A program made the translations under genes and the position numbers. Source: Octopus sinensis (Eukaryota). Taken from it: a stretch of DNA of 64,000 nt. The notes under the pieces were generated by a model. The model saw nothing but the letters and a program-made list of their open reading frames with translations, was not told where the DNA came from and did no database searches. Positions 38,992 through 52,889 of this stretch are shown piece by piece (position 1 is the first letter of the stretch; each line of letters begins with the position of its first letter). The stretch spans positions 9,486,001-9,550,000 of the forward strand of contig NC_043015.1 in the NCBI RefSeq assembly GCF_006345805.1. The letters are read 5' to 3'.

Positions 38992-39222
38992 ACCTATTTC
39001 TTTACTACCCAGAAGGGGCTAAACACAGAGGGGACAAACAAGGACAGACAAACGGATTAAGCCGCTTATATCGACCCCAGTGCGTAACTGGTACTTATTT
39101 AATCGACCCCAAAAGGATGAAAGGCAAAGTCGACCTCGGCGGAATTTGAACTCAGAACGTAACGGCAGACGAAATACGGCTACGCATTTCGCCCGGCATG
39201 CTAACGGTTCTGCTAGTTCGCC
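38992..39222 (-). mobile_element. Full-length SINE, same family as 37848
   Basis: Reverse complement aligns end to end with 37848-38088. Confidence 0.88.
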
Positions 39223-39262
39223 ATCACCATCACGCCATTATTTTCATCATCATAAGGCTGTG

Positions 39263-39460
39263 ATCAGGTAGAATCGTTAGCGCTCTATGTAAACTGCTTA
39301 GCGTATTTCGCCCGTTATTATGTTCTGAGTTCAAATGCCGGTGATGTTGAGTTTGTCTTTAATCCTTTGGGAATCAAGAAAATATTTATCAGTTTAATAC
39401 TGGGGTCGATGTAATCGATCCATCTACTCCGCCCGAACAAGCTGGATTTGTACCAACATT
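39263..39460 (+). mobile_element. Old diverged SINE
   Basis: gtagaatcgttagc...ttctgagttcaaatgccg...ggggtcgatgtaatcga. Confidence 0.6.
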
Positions 39461-39959
39461 TCAAATTGTTATAATCGTCACCATAGTTATCTTCGAAATC
39501 ATGAGAATCATCATTACTTTCCTCCCACTATTCACGCACCTCAACATCTACGCCATCATACTCATATTACCATTATCATCAACATCCTCACCTTCAACAT
39601 TATTTTCATCCTCACCGTCACCATACTGTCCAGCATTACCCCTAAAATCATCATAGCCTCCGCCGCCAACAACGTTTCAATTATCACCGTCACCATTAAT
39701 TTAGTCTTCCTCATCAACGCTGTCGTCATCATACTCATCATCACACTATCACTATCATCATCGTCATCACGACCACCAACACGCCGCCATCATCATCATC
39801 ATCTCACTATATCCCTCACCATCATCATTATAATCCTCATTGCTGGCATTATTTTGAATGAGGCCGATTTTTCTATTAGTGCAGTTGTCCAAAGAAGACA
39901 GGCATAGTGGCTGTCTGCTCTAGCAATTAGACAATGACATTTAAATCTTGCGCAATAAA

Positions 39960-40105
39960 TAGTCTTTTCTACTCTAGGCACAAGGGCCGAAAGTTTGGGA
40001 TAGGGAGCCAGTCGATTAGATCCCAATATGCAAATGGTACTTAATTTATCGACCACGAAAGGGTGAAGGGCAAAGTTGACCCCGACGGCATTTGAACTCC
40101 GAACG
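39960..40105 (-). mobile_element. SINE fragment
   Basis: ggtacttaatttatcgacc..gaaaggg.tgaagggcaaagttgacc.cgacggcatttgaactc. Confidence 0.65.
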
Positions 40106-42369
40106 TGAAGACAGACAATTTATCGCCGCCTTTATACGCAATACATATTCTTCACTTACAGTAACTCCGCTCCCAGAATTGGTTAAAACAGATTGGTGGT
40201 ATTATCAACAAAGAATAAAAAAAGAGCGAGGCATTCTCTATAATAAAGAAGTATCCAAAATTGGCAGACTATAAACAGCTTTTTGTCCTGTGCATGTCCG
40301 CAGTCAAACTACTATAAGCTACCTTACACTATCTACAATTGATGAAGCACTTTGAACATATATTCAAAGTTCCAAGTTCAATTGCTATTTACCTTGAAGT
40401 ATAAGCTACTAACGTGTGTTGTTTATCATCCTAGTACTCATAAACTCGTTTCGGATCATTTTAAAGTCACGACTAATAACCATCGCGTTTGTTTGGAACT
40501 AAAATAGCACACCGAATGTAGTGACGGAAAACGTTCTCATAAATGCATACGGTTCTGAATTCCTTACTAAAGCAATTTGCTGGAGCATTCCTTCACTATT
40601 TGATAAAAAAAACAACTTTTTTCCAAATTCATGCAATAAATGTCTGACATATTCGTTTTAATTCCGACGAATCTCTAACATTAATCACTGGTGATAATTA
40701 TGATAGGCATGCCACCGACATTATCTTGACGATAATCTTACATTATTTTACAACTAAATATGAACAATAATCCTTAAACATTTTCATTCCTCTGTCCCCT
40801 GAAAAATTTATGAACTACTAAATAAAATTCTATTTGGAACTATTATTCGAATTCTGTATATGTGATGCTGTGTGGGTGATACAATGTAAAATTGTAAAAG
40901 AAAAGTAAAACTGACTCTGATTGAAGCAAGTGGTTTCCACCATCAAAATGTTGAACAGTGACGACAAAATTCTCCACGATGACTGTCTGCCACAAACTGT
41001 ATAACCTCTACTGAACATCAACGTTAAAATATTAATCGTAATTAAAAACAATAACATGTTGTCCTATTGTTGAAGAGTATCATCTAAATCCATTCGTTTC
41101 AATTCAATGAGTAACGACATGTTTCTCGAAATATTTTGATCATACCACTGTACACTTGTTTCTAATATGACGAGGCCTTCCAGTATATTGCTGGATCAAA
41201 ATATATATCGATATAATTATACATATATGTATGCATTTTGAAACATATTTTGACATTTTCTTTTATATCATTTATGTGTGCATGCGTGTGCGCACGTGTG
41301 TACATATATACGTACGCACACATATAAACATAGATATTTAATGTTCGGCAGAATTAACAAAGTAACTCAAGGGCTGAAAGATCTCTGCTAACCCTCAAAT
41401 TAATTACAGTTCAAAAGGTTATGAATTTATATACCGGCGATAATTTTACGTTAAGTGTACTTAAGTATGCATACATTTTCCGTAATTGTTTATTTATGCC
41501 GGTATTTACCGATCAATCTATTTGAAAACCATGAACATGAATTACGCATATGAACATGCAATTTTATTTTTATAATTTTATATACAAGGACATATCCTTA
41601 CCACCATTATATAAACTTCAATAAGCTTTTTATCTACATGTTTAGTTTGACGCAGGAAACTCTCAGCCAATGAATCATTCTCTTACTTCTGCCTAATATA
41701 CACTAGAATGGAGAAGGCTGCTTATTAACTTGGTATGGAGGAATGTCTAAAAGTACTGAAAGAAAGCCATTATTAAAGGGTTGACCCGTCTCGAAATATT
41801 TTTATGAATTCATTTTCTAAGAAATTTCCTATAATTTCGATTTCTCAATTTACAAATTATTTTAACTCCAATTTCTCGCAAATTTAAATATTCATTGCAT
41901 TCACTGCGGAGGACTCTATTTTAATTTGGAAAGTTTTCCACTTCCTCTTTTAAGTTTTGATTCCCTACTAGCTAAATGTATGCGTAATGTAGAAACATTA
42001 TTTATTGAATGAATTTTTTTTTAAATACCCGTAAAATTTCTGAGCGCAGGAGAGCTTTGAGAAAAGCCTGGAAAGTTGGGTATTAGAAGACGAGGAGAAA
42101 ACAAATTTAACCACAAGTACCCGAGACTCGCACCTTATCCGCAATTTGCAAAGATTCTATATCACCAATCCAATATATACACAAACAAGTTGCATGAGCG
42201 ACTTCAACAGTGACACGCACATGAATACACACTCGTGCACACAGATAGCTACACATACAAACAAATGAAAGTGAATGAATATGTGTTCGGGTGTAAGTCT
42301 TCGTGTGTGTATATGTGTGTGTTAGTACACACTGACAAAACTTCCTGCTGCACCACTTTTGTGACGTTC

Positions 42370-42416
42370 TGTCAGTGAAGAGATCGCGGTTTCAAAGCGA
42401 CGAAAATATTTTGACA
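42370..42416 (+). ncRNA. Minimal hammerhead motif with C3>G
   Basis: tgtca-GTGAAGA-ga-tcgc(ggtttcaaa)gcga-c-GAAA-atat-TT|tgaca; perfect 5-bp stem I. Confidence 0.5.
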
Positions 42417-42917
42417 CAAATTAAATTTTAATGTTGAAGTGAAATCTTGTATCCCTGCCGTAAGTGTTTATTTCCACACACACCAGCTGTAATTCGTTCT
42501 TAGTCGAAAGACGACTGTTGAAATGTCCTATTATTTGTGTTTGTGTAACAATCTTCGTTTCTTATCCGTCTTTGTTTTCGTATGCATTCGCTGCTTTCTT
42601 CTGAGGAATCTAACGATCTTAGTTTAGTTTTTCAAAGAGCTGGCCATATTGAAGCAATCTCGAGTATAACCAGCCGAAATTGTAAAGATAATCTGAAACT
42701 CGACTGAAGAAAGAAAACTCCGAATGACTCGTCCTTGTTTTCTTTGTATCGTCTATCTTGATGTTTTGTTGTCCCTTTTGTGTATCACCTAACTGTCTGG
42801 ATGATTTGCGTTCTCGTCCCATTTTGTATTTTTATATATACAGGCACACCCACCGCATATACGAATATGCATATATGTACATATGTACACACAACACACA
42901 CACACACACACACACAT

Positions 42918-42971
<54 letters not shown>

Positions 42972-43333
42972 ATCCGCCTATCACACACCTAGGACCGCAG
43001 ATTCTATCCGTGATCTTGAGGGACCCAAAACCGTAATAGGTATTTGTCATGTATGGGCATGAGCCAAAAACTTCAGTTCTCGAATTTAGATATAGTTACG
43101 TGTATATTTTATCTTTTATATTTTCTCCTACCTATCAGAGTACCTTAGCTTTTATTCAAAAGGTTTTTATAGCGGTTATTGTCATTAATAACCGATGAGA
43201 ATGCATCGTAGCACTTAAATTCGGCATTTGAAACTCTCAGTACTGTTACGACAATTTACTGATTATCCTAAATTATACATATATAAATATCTTCTACTTA
43301 ACTAATAACGAGGTATGTTTCTTGTGTTGTCAC

Positions 43334-43411
<78 letters not shown>

Positions 43412-44652
43412 CCTGTGTGTGTGTATGTATATGTATGTATGTATGTATGTATGTATGATGTATGTGCGTGGGTATGAAAATTCAAATTCAACTTTCAGAG
43501 AACTGATTAATTCGTGAAAATGGTAGTACCTGAAAGTCTATTATTGGTAATAAGGCTACTTATATTATGCATTACTGTCTCCTCTTTGCCTAAACAATAT
43601 TCTCTATGTGAGTATATATTAAACTTCGAATGTATCTGAAATGAAATTTGAATTGGTATATCATCTATAAATTTTCTTCATTTAAACAGAATGTCCTTAC
43701 TTCAATGATTCCCAGTATTTTCGATAGCAAGGTCAACCATTTGGCTTTCACTGTTATTACGAAACTATATTAGCGATTAATATTGTAAATACTTAGTGGG
43801 TTTCCCTTCTGGAGAATATAAGATGTAAGCTAAATTGTGTTTAGGTCCACATTAATCAACATACGATGAATTCCTGAAATGTAAATATTTTCTAAGTCTT
43901 CGTGAATAAGCGAAATCCATTCATCGAAAGCAAACCGAATAACTCCTGTATCAAACGTAAAATTGAAGCAAGATCGGTCACTGTTTAACCTCAATGGCTT
44001 TATAAATTCTTGGATTACAATCCTGTAAACAAATCGTTAGCTAACACTCAATAGTTGAGAAAATACCTGCAAACTTTATATGGCAATGTACCTTGTTAAA
44101 AGATGTATTCGTATTGTATTATACATAATATGCAAAGTTTAGTGATGACATTGACTCAGAAAATAGGCGAGCACGAGAACGGTTGCAACAACAGCAATTT
44201 ATACAATCATAGAGGGACACTTTTTTATATTTTGGAAATGATAATATATATATATCTAATATAATAAAATGCCGAAAGTAATTTTTGTGTGTCAGTGTGT
44301 CATACAATGGCCCCTGTCTCACTATTCAATGACACTTCCACTGTTCCTCACGATGGGATGAGAGTAATGGTAGTTATAGGGACGGTGACGGCGGTGGTGA
44401 AGAGAGAGAGAAAGAAGTAAAGAAAAAGAGACGGACAGAAAGGGAGATTAAGAAACTTTGGGAGAGTTGATGATGTTTCATTAAAGGTAGTAGTGCTGAA
44501 GATGGCAGCGGGAGTAATATGAGGCAAAGAGGGAGGAAATGTACAAATTTCTTTAACTATGTCTCTTTGACATACATTCCTGTGATCAACATAATGAACA
44601 CTATCATTTTTGTTTTCTTTCATACATATATATATTTATATATATATACATG

Positions 44653-44701
<49 letters not shown>

Positions 44702-44719
44702 GTATATATATGTATATAT

Positions 44720-44772
<53 letters not shown>

Positions 44773-44879
44773 CACTTTAATTGATATAAAGTTTACCCAA
44801 GATTAAACATGTTATATAGTAAATGTAAATATCAGTGTCTCACAGTTTTTCAACTTTATTAAACCCTTTCTACTGGAAG

Positions 44880-45070
44880 AACAAGGCCTCAATTTTTTTG
44901 GGGGGTGGGGGTGGGGTGATTAAGTCGATTACATCAATACCGCTACGTAACAGGTACTAATTATATGGAACCCGAAAGTTGACCTGGGCGGTATTCGAAC
45001 TCAAAACCTAACGGCAAACCAAATACCGCTAAGAATTTCACCCGGCGTCCCTAAAAATTCTGGCAGCTAG
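44880..45070 (-). mobile_element. Diverged SINE
   Basis: aagtcgattacatc...ggtact...gttgacctgggcggtattcgaactc...aaataccgctaag. Confidence 0.6.
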
Positions 45071-45490
45071 GCGTCTTAATAATATCATATTATAATACGA
45101 TATAATAAATGTGAATACCAGTGTGTCAGTGTGTCACACTTTTTCAACATTACTCCTAGAGTCCGTGACCGAACATATCATGCCATTTTGGAATCAGGCT
45201 GACTGCGTGAGTAACTTAAAATTATTCCGCGACGATTGCGGAACTACAGTCCTGAAATTTCGGATTCCCAAATTTTCGTTATTGCCATTCCTTAATTTTA
45301 TATTTCTTTTTTACATGATTGTTTGCGAAAAATACCATCATCCCTGGATATGAGTCTGGAGGAAACAATTGCAGAATATTGTTCAAAACAACTCAGAGAT
45401 CTTTTTGCAGATCATCTTATCATTCGAGATCAGTTGCTTAAAAGCTATATACTAGCTTAAAAGCCACCCGAACGCGCGGCATTTGACCCA

Positions 45491-45563
<73 letters not shown>

Positions 45564-45765
45564 TATATTTAAGTAGGTGAATGAATTATCCTAGTATTGA
45601 TAATTCGGTTAATCGATACCTTGGTAGCAAATTCACGTCAGAAAACACGGTTGTAGCTGCATGCCAAGGGTAGAACCCCGTGTTCTTGTGTGGTAATTTG
45701 TGTATTTTCTAAAATGAATAAACGAAAGAATGGAGTTGAACGAAGATGTTAACAAAATTCCTTTA

Positions 45766-45848
45766 CTTTCAACACATGTTCCGAAGACTGCATATTCTTA
45801 ATTCCGAAGGAATAAAGGGTGCATTATGCCGTCTTCTCATCAGGAAAG
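45766..45848 (-). ncRNA. Hammerhead, left arm, GAAA>GGAA
   Basis: ctttc-CTGATGA-gaagac...gtcttc-GGAA-catgt-GTT|gaaag. Confidence 0.6.
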
Positions 45849-45983
45849 ACAAGGAACTTCTAGGAAAGACAAGGAACCTCTATCAGCCTCAAGTTTGTTT
45901 GATCTGCATTATCACTGTGAACACCATGTTGGAAGCCATAAAAAAGTTTTTGTCCGTCTTGAGGCTGATATAGGTTCCTTGTC

Positions 45984-46063
45984 TTTCCTGATGAGAAGAC
46001 GGCATAATGCACCCTTTATTCCTTCGGAATAAGAATATGCAGTCTTCGAAACATGTGTTGAAA
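45984..46063 (+). ncRNA. Type I hammerhead ribozyme, right arm, canonical core
   Basis: tttc-CTGATGA-gaagac.gcata...tatgc.gtcttc-GAAA-catgt-GTT|gaaa; G-C closed 6-bp stem II. Confidence 0.8.
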
Positions 46064-46131
46064 ATAAAGGAATTTTGTTAAAAATCTTCGTTCGACTCCA
46101 TTCTTTCATTTATTCATTTAAAAAAAAAAAA

Positions 46132-46174
<43 letters not shown>

Positions 46175-47809
46175 GTGTGTGTGTGTGTCTGTGTGTCTGT
46201 GTGTGTATGTGCGTGTGTGCGTGAATGTGTGTATGCATATATGTGTGTATATGTATATATACATATATAAGCAGAGAGATGGAGAGAGAGATATACACTG
46301 TTTGCGTGTTTACATATATATACGTACTCTCGTATGTGCATACACGCACACACACTTTCACACAAGGAAGACTCTGATTGTAACAGAAACTTTGTAGCGT
46401 GTTAAAAAGGAATTAACGCAATAAAAAATGTCGAGTGAAACATTCAATTTCAAAAAGATCAGACTGGATGGTCAAGTATGGCTGATTAGATTATTAGTTT
46501 GCTTGATCTGCATTTACTTGGGATTATGTAATATCCGATATATAAAATGTATTTAACGTACATTCTTATTTAATCTTCAGTCTACTGACATTCATAGCTG
46601 ATTTTAAATTAATAATGGATATTAGACTGCTATCGTATAATCACGATCAGTCTAGGAATTTCTAAGTAATACTAAAAGCTAGTTTTCTATATTCGGCCAC
46701 GTACTTTCTATTTATCAACTCACGGATGTACTATACGCTTATTCCTAACATACCGTGTACACAATGCTGTTTCCTATACAAATATTCATTACTTACACCA
46801 ATATAACTATCAGCTTCAGTATCTCAAGGTCATAAATTCATTTTATCCGTTTATTTGTTAATACATTAAGCGCCATTAGTAAGCTCTGATTAATATTTGA
46901 AGAGCGGGACATTAAACTATGTACATATGTACCCTGCTTTGATTGCAATTTGAATGATTTACCACTATATTGTATTCAATATCGATTAATAGATATTTAT
47001 TCGTAATTGGGTTAATAGCGCATAAAGCCAGTCAGTATAATATTGTTATCTAATATTCTCATCTATATTTAGTCTTTATGTGTGTAGAGCAAATGATCTA
47101 ATATGTTTGCGATGTTTCTCGTGTCTAATAAACGAGAATGCATAATAGACATCCTTCAGGGTTTCCACCAAATGGATTTGGCACTTTAACTATAACAAAA
47201 TTATTTCCACCCACGAAATATACGTTCAGTCATTTTGAAGATAGGAACATATGTTCATTATATTGAGAATAATAAACAGATACGCGAATATTCGGATTCA
47301 AACCGAAATAGAATTAGGAATAGTGAAAATAACAATTAACGTAACATTTATACGAGAAAAAATACAAAGGGCAATAATTGAAATTTTTTCTCATATCTTG
47401 GTATCACTATACATATTCACATGCATACTTACACAAATATTTGCATATAACTCTCTGTCTGTCTCTGTATATGTATACCATATGTTACGTATATATATTA
47501 TATCATACCTTCATACTGTGTGGATTAATTTCCCCGTTGGTTGGCCGCTGCTATTTATAGGGTATTAAAACCTTTCGGTATGCAAATTATGGACTACTTC
47601 ATAGGGTAACTGTTGCAGTTTTTGAGGATATAACCAGATTTGCAGTTTTCGTCTGTGGTGATTGTCATAATGATGTAGAAACCTCCGATGAGAACAAGAA
47701 ATGGTATAAAAATCGAGTAAGGCTGTTCGTTCTATTTTTAAGTCTGTGGATAAATGGTTAAAGTTTTGCCCTGATTATAATTATACCATATGTTATATAT
47801 ATGTTATAT

Positions 47810-47937
47810 ATCTTTTATTAAACTTTTAATACTTTTGATATATATTTAAAATAATATTAATTAATTAATTTTATGTATTGTCTTATATTTTTCATTCTTT
47901 GATTTGCCTAATAGTAGTTTTATCTCTAATTTAATAT
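47810..47937 (+). repeat. ~128-bp AT-rich dispersed repeat; second copy at 53349-53476
   Basis: atcttttattaaacttttaatac...gatttgcctaatagt.gttttatctctaatttaata in both. Confidence 0.85.
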
Positions 47938-47951
47938 GATATTTATATATA

Positions 47952-48053
47952 TATAACTTATAAATAAGGGCAAACGAAAACATTTCTAATGCCAAATATG
48001 TCCAATTTCGGCATTAGAAATTTTTTCGTTTGCCCTTATTTATAAGTTGTATA
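47952..48053. repeat. Inverted repeat, ~42-bp arms, 16-nt spacer
   Basis: tataacttataaataagggcaaacgaaaa.atttctaatgcc / reverse complement at 48010-48053. Confidence 0.9.
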
Positions 48054-48148
48054 CAATTTTAACTTTTAAAAGTATTATTTAATATGCTGGCCATTGATAA
48101 ATTTTTCATTTTGTCGAAAAAAATTATCCTACATTAAATATATATATA

Positions 48149-48201
<53 letters not shown>

Positions 48202-49890
48202 TATAACAACAGGCAAGCAATTTTCACTCGAAACAGCAGTCGATACTTTTAGATAGATATATAGAGACAATGAAATCCTTAGTGTCAAATACCATGTGGA
48301 ATAGAGAATCAGCTCAATTTGTACAAACACTTTTACTCGTTCTTTTTCTGTGATTCCAGAATTAAGTGACCCAGACATATTTAAATTCTATGTTGAAAGA
48401 TATGCTGAGATTGTCAGAAAAAATGTTTTTTAACTTATTTCATTTGCATATTTTCCACTGCATATCGTAAGCATACGCTTCATATTTCCACTCAGTTAAA
48501 CCGAAGGATTCGTTCCAAGACAAAATGAGGAGGCCTGGGATCCGTCATTGCAAACGCAACATAAATTGTAAATACAGACTGAATCTTCGTAAGAAAATTT
48601 ATCTCTTATTGAGTTCAAATTTTTAAACGTTAATTTTTTAATATTATTTCCTGAATGTCCAACTTATACACTGATATGCCACAGCTCAACTTACGGTTAC
48701 CTGAAATCTGATCTATATTGTTCCGTTTACAACGAAAGGATTTTGAGGACTAACAAAATTTACTGACACGTATGCACAGAATGGCATTTGCTTTTTCCAC
48801 TGCTGTATGAACTATAAACTAAAATTAATGAATGCCAATTTGGAATTAATTAACTATATCATTAGCAAGATTTTCATTATGTGTAGTGGTGTCTACAAAT
48901 AATTCCAGAACACAAATAATTCGATAAGATGTGACGTCGCCAGCCCGTCATAAATACTAATATTCACGCGTAAAACTATTAACTTAAACCTTTGCTCCAA
49001 GAACACCATGTTTATCTAACATGAGTATGAATTTGTCGTTAATTGACTCAAATATAAAGTTGTCTTTTATCGTTGTTTGTGATGAGACTGGTGTAGATTT
49101 AATCATTGTTCGCAAAACATTTGCCTTTCATTATAATTAAAATGTATAACAATATTCATTGCTAATATCCAAAATATGGCTTTCCATTTTCTCTTTGATA
49201 GGACTATTTTTGCAGAAAAAGAATATCACTGAAAAATTTCTTTTGGGGGAAATCTTTTTTGAAAATTAGAAGTAGAATATGATTATCATTTGCTGAAATG
49301 GCCATTTTTGTAAAACTAAATTTTAGCCGTACAGAAAATAAATTATTTCTACGCCCAAACCGTTATATATATGATAGTTTCGCGTGTGTAACTGTGGGCG
49401 TATATTTGTTCACTTGGCTCACTGTAGGCTTGTAAACATTGATAGTATGACAGAAAAAAGCCTATGGTGGAAAATGCAAATACCACCCTCCTCTATATTT
49501 TCTATGTCTTTCGTTCAAATTAATATTCCTCTGGTTTTTTATATGCTTTCACTTTTTTAAAGCAGGTAAAATAATCCTATAAATTCCTTCAATCTTTCGT
49601 TCTAATATTTCGCATTATATGAAATATGAGAAACTTATAGTAGCTAATTCGGTATTTCATAGGGTGGATAGAAATACTGGAACACAGACTTTAGATTGGA
49701 ACAATGATTGATTAGTGACTATAACATTGATTACATATCAGCTTACATATGAATATTGATTAATATCAATTTATAGCCATGAATTAAACAAACAACAAAT
49801 GGATCTTCCGCAGTTCAGTAATTTCCAAACATTATTGAAACATAGTATAAATATTTAATATTTTATTATATTTAACTAAATATCTGTGTG

Positions 49891-49892
<2 letters not shown>

Positions 49893-49927
<35 letters not shown>

Positions 49928-50038
49928 TATAATAATAATAATAATAATAATGATGATGATAATAATAATAATAATATTAATAATAATAATATTAATAATA
50001 ATAATAATAATAATATTAATAATAATATAATAATAATA

Positions 50039-50106
<68 letters not shown>

Positions 50107-50130
50107 TTAATAATAATAATAATAATAATA
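49893..50130. repeat. (AAT)n microsatellite
   Basis: Directly visible; similar arrays at 43338-43410, 50880-50962 and 63942-64000. Confidence 0.95.
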
Positions 50131-50185
50131 CCGAACGCGAGGGAATGCAGCTTTCGAAACGAGCCTTTTAAAACTAGATTCAGCG

Positions 50186-50241
50186 GCAGATCAAATGATT
50201 TCATAATTAGTGTACAAAATGCACTTTTTAATCGTCAGTGC
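50186..50241 (-). ncRNA. Degenerate type I hammerhead motif
   Basis: gca-CTGACGA-ttaaaa-agtg(cattttgta)cact-aattat-GAAA-tcatttga-TC|tgc; only 3-bp stem I. Confidence 0.4.
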
Positions 50242-50360
50242 AAGCATAATCAAGACACACTAATATGAACGTACCAGGCGAACACCAAATTTATCCAGCA
50301 TAGTGTATAAATTATTCACACTTATATATCTATGTAAAATGCAGACTTTTCGATTTGCAT

Positions 50361-50800
50361 CTCGGTACGAGTGTTTATCCAGAATAAAATTCGGCACTGA
50401 ATATATTCCGGTTAAATTTACAATTGGAAAATAGGACTAAATCTTTATAAGCATTTATCAAGTAGTTAATTTGAAAAACCTCATAAGGGAAACATCCATC
50501 AGTTTTTCCTTTAGTGTTAAAACGCTCGCTTCGAAAGTTGCATTACCTCGCGTTCGGTATAATATGTTTTATTATGGTAGTTTGACTTTAAGAGTCCCTC
50601 CTAGCGTGAAACATTCATGTATAGTAATACCCTTAATATATATAAATATATTTAAGACGAATAATTGATGGATTTTTCCCTTATGAGTTTTTTCACGCTA
50701 ACTACTCGATAAATTCTTATAAAGAGTTTATCCTATTTTTAAATTGTAAATTTAACCGGAATATATTCGGTGCTGAATTTTATTCTGGATAAACACCGAG
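50361..50800. repeat. Foldback, ~135-bp arms (roughly 85-90% by eye), 164-nt spacer
   Basis: 50371-50501 vs reverse complement at 50666-50796. Confidence 0.88.
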
Positions 50801-50892
50801 GGAGAGTAGCAGAATGGGTCGAAAAACTGTTGTACAAAATAAAGATTAACACCAAATGTATATTTCCGTTGCTTATGAAATTATTATTATTA

Positions 50893-50963
<71 letters not shown>

Positions 50964-52550
50964 TCAAGTATCACTGCAGAGTTCCTGAAGTAGATTCATC
51001 CGGTATATACCGTGACTGCGAATGACACCATGTAGCCCAAATTGTACCAGTGCTTTGCTCAATACTTCAACACACTAGTCGACATATAACAGTTAGTCCA
51101 ATATATTAAATGTATGTACTAATGTGATTCGCTAAATCCCTAATTGTCTTATAGTGATTACTGTGTCTACAATTTACCTATCAGTAAATTATCATATATA
51201 ATTTTAAGTTTTGTTTTTGCTGTAATTATTCTCTAGCCAGGATTACATGCTGACTGCGGGACGCTAACGAACACTACACAATTATTTGAAATGCGTATTA
51301 CATTTCAAAATGTATTGCATTGTCAAAGTTATTATATAATTTAAGTTTGAAGATAACTCTTTCTAGTCAGTGGATATGCAGATCCCTCAACTGAATATAA
51401 ATCAAACTCTAGTTTATTATCAATGTGATATTTGCTATCTCAATAAAATAACGAGTCATTTAAGAGATAATTCGCCGCTAATACTAACAGGTTCACCGAA
51501 AGCAGTACAGTTATATTCATGGATATAATTTGGGATAATTTATTTGTAAGCACTTTTTTGCTCAATATTATACTGTTTGATGATTTAGTTTACTTTATTC
51601 ATTTTCATTCCATATAGATAATCAATATTTGTTATGTGTTAAACCTCAATTTTTGTCATTATGCGTACTGAAATGTTATTACATCGAATTGTAACTACAA
51701 TAATTCATCATAGCTCATATTCTTCTAAGACGATATTTGAAATGAAATTTATCAAAGACTGTACTATTCCCTGCTTTAATTCTGTACACGATGAGATATG
51801 AAATGATTTTTATACATGTAACATGCCTTTAATAACTACACTTAAAACTGCGAACGTATTGATACCCATGAAGAGCAAATGATAGCCATTTCTGCTACTC
51901 TACACAAATCAGTCATTTTAATGTCGTAATTTTGTTACCATTACCAGTGTCCAATCATAAATAAACTGAATAATAATAATATTAAAGTTACTGTAGTAAA
52001 TATCATTTTTTTTTCAGCAATGCTATATCCATCCATTGAAGCACTCACCTGGTGATAGTCGTTATTCTAAAATCCATTAACCCATGCCCTTTGCTGTTAT
52101 GTGCGTTTTTAATGTTCTCGTTGCTAAATAGCCGTGTTTTGTTACCTGACTACCTCTACTTTGTTCATTACATTTGGGATCTTGAAATGCTGCTGCCGAT
52201 TTCGATGCATAGATCACCTGTGAAAAGATCACCTGTGAAACTAGAGTGTTTTTATAATGCCCTTGACGGAAAATCGGACAACGTATAATTCCATTCCATT
52301 AATAAATCGTATCGTCACACTCAATGTGTCATATCAATATCAAGTCAATAGCATAAGAGTAACATGAGAATACAAACATATTTCCGAGGCTATATGTATT
52401 GCTGCTGTTAAATATATAACTTTCTTAGAACACCGTGAATTAAAACAGACTTCTGATGCTTTCGTTTTGCATTACACATGCTTGTCGCTCAAAAAAATGC
52501 TTAATTTTGCTTCCTGTCCTACACGCGTATATGTATATATATATATATAT

Positions 52551-52620
<70 letters not shown>

Positions 52621-52823
52621 GGCTGTGCCTTTGTGCAGTACTTCATTAGCTTGTCAGTATTGTAATCAAGATATAGTGCAAATGTAATTTTGCTTTACAA
52701 ACCTCCGCAAACAGTCTGTAATCAGGAATCCATGACACTGAACAGAATACGAATATGAACGTAAACTTGCCCTTTACTTCTATCTGTATATCTAACTCTC
52801 CCCTCTCTCTTTATCTCTATCAT

Positions 52824-52887
<64 letters not shown>

Positions 52888-52889
<2 letters not shown>

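Larger units (their letters stand above)
45712..46119. mobile_element. Foldback element: ~165-bp inverted arms each carrying a hammerhead, 64-nt spacer
   Basis: 45712-45893 is the reverse complement of 45958-46119, plus a 20-nt duplication in the left arm. Confidence 0.85.
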
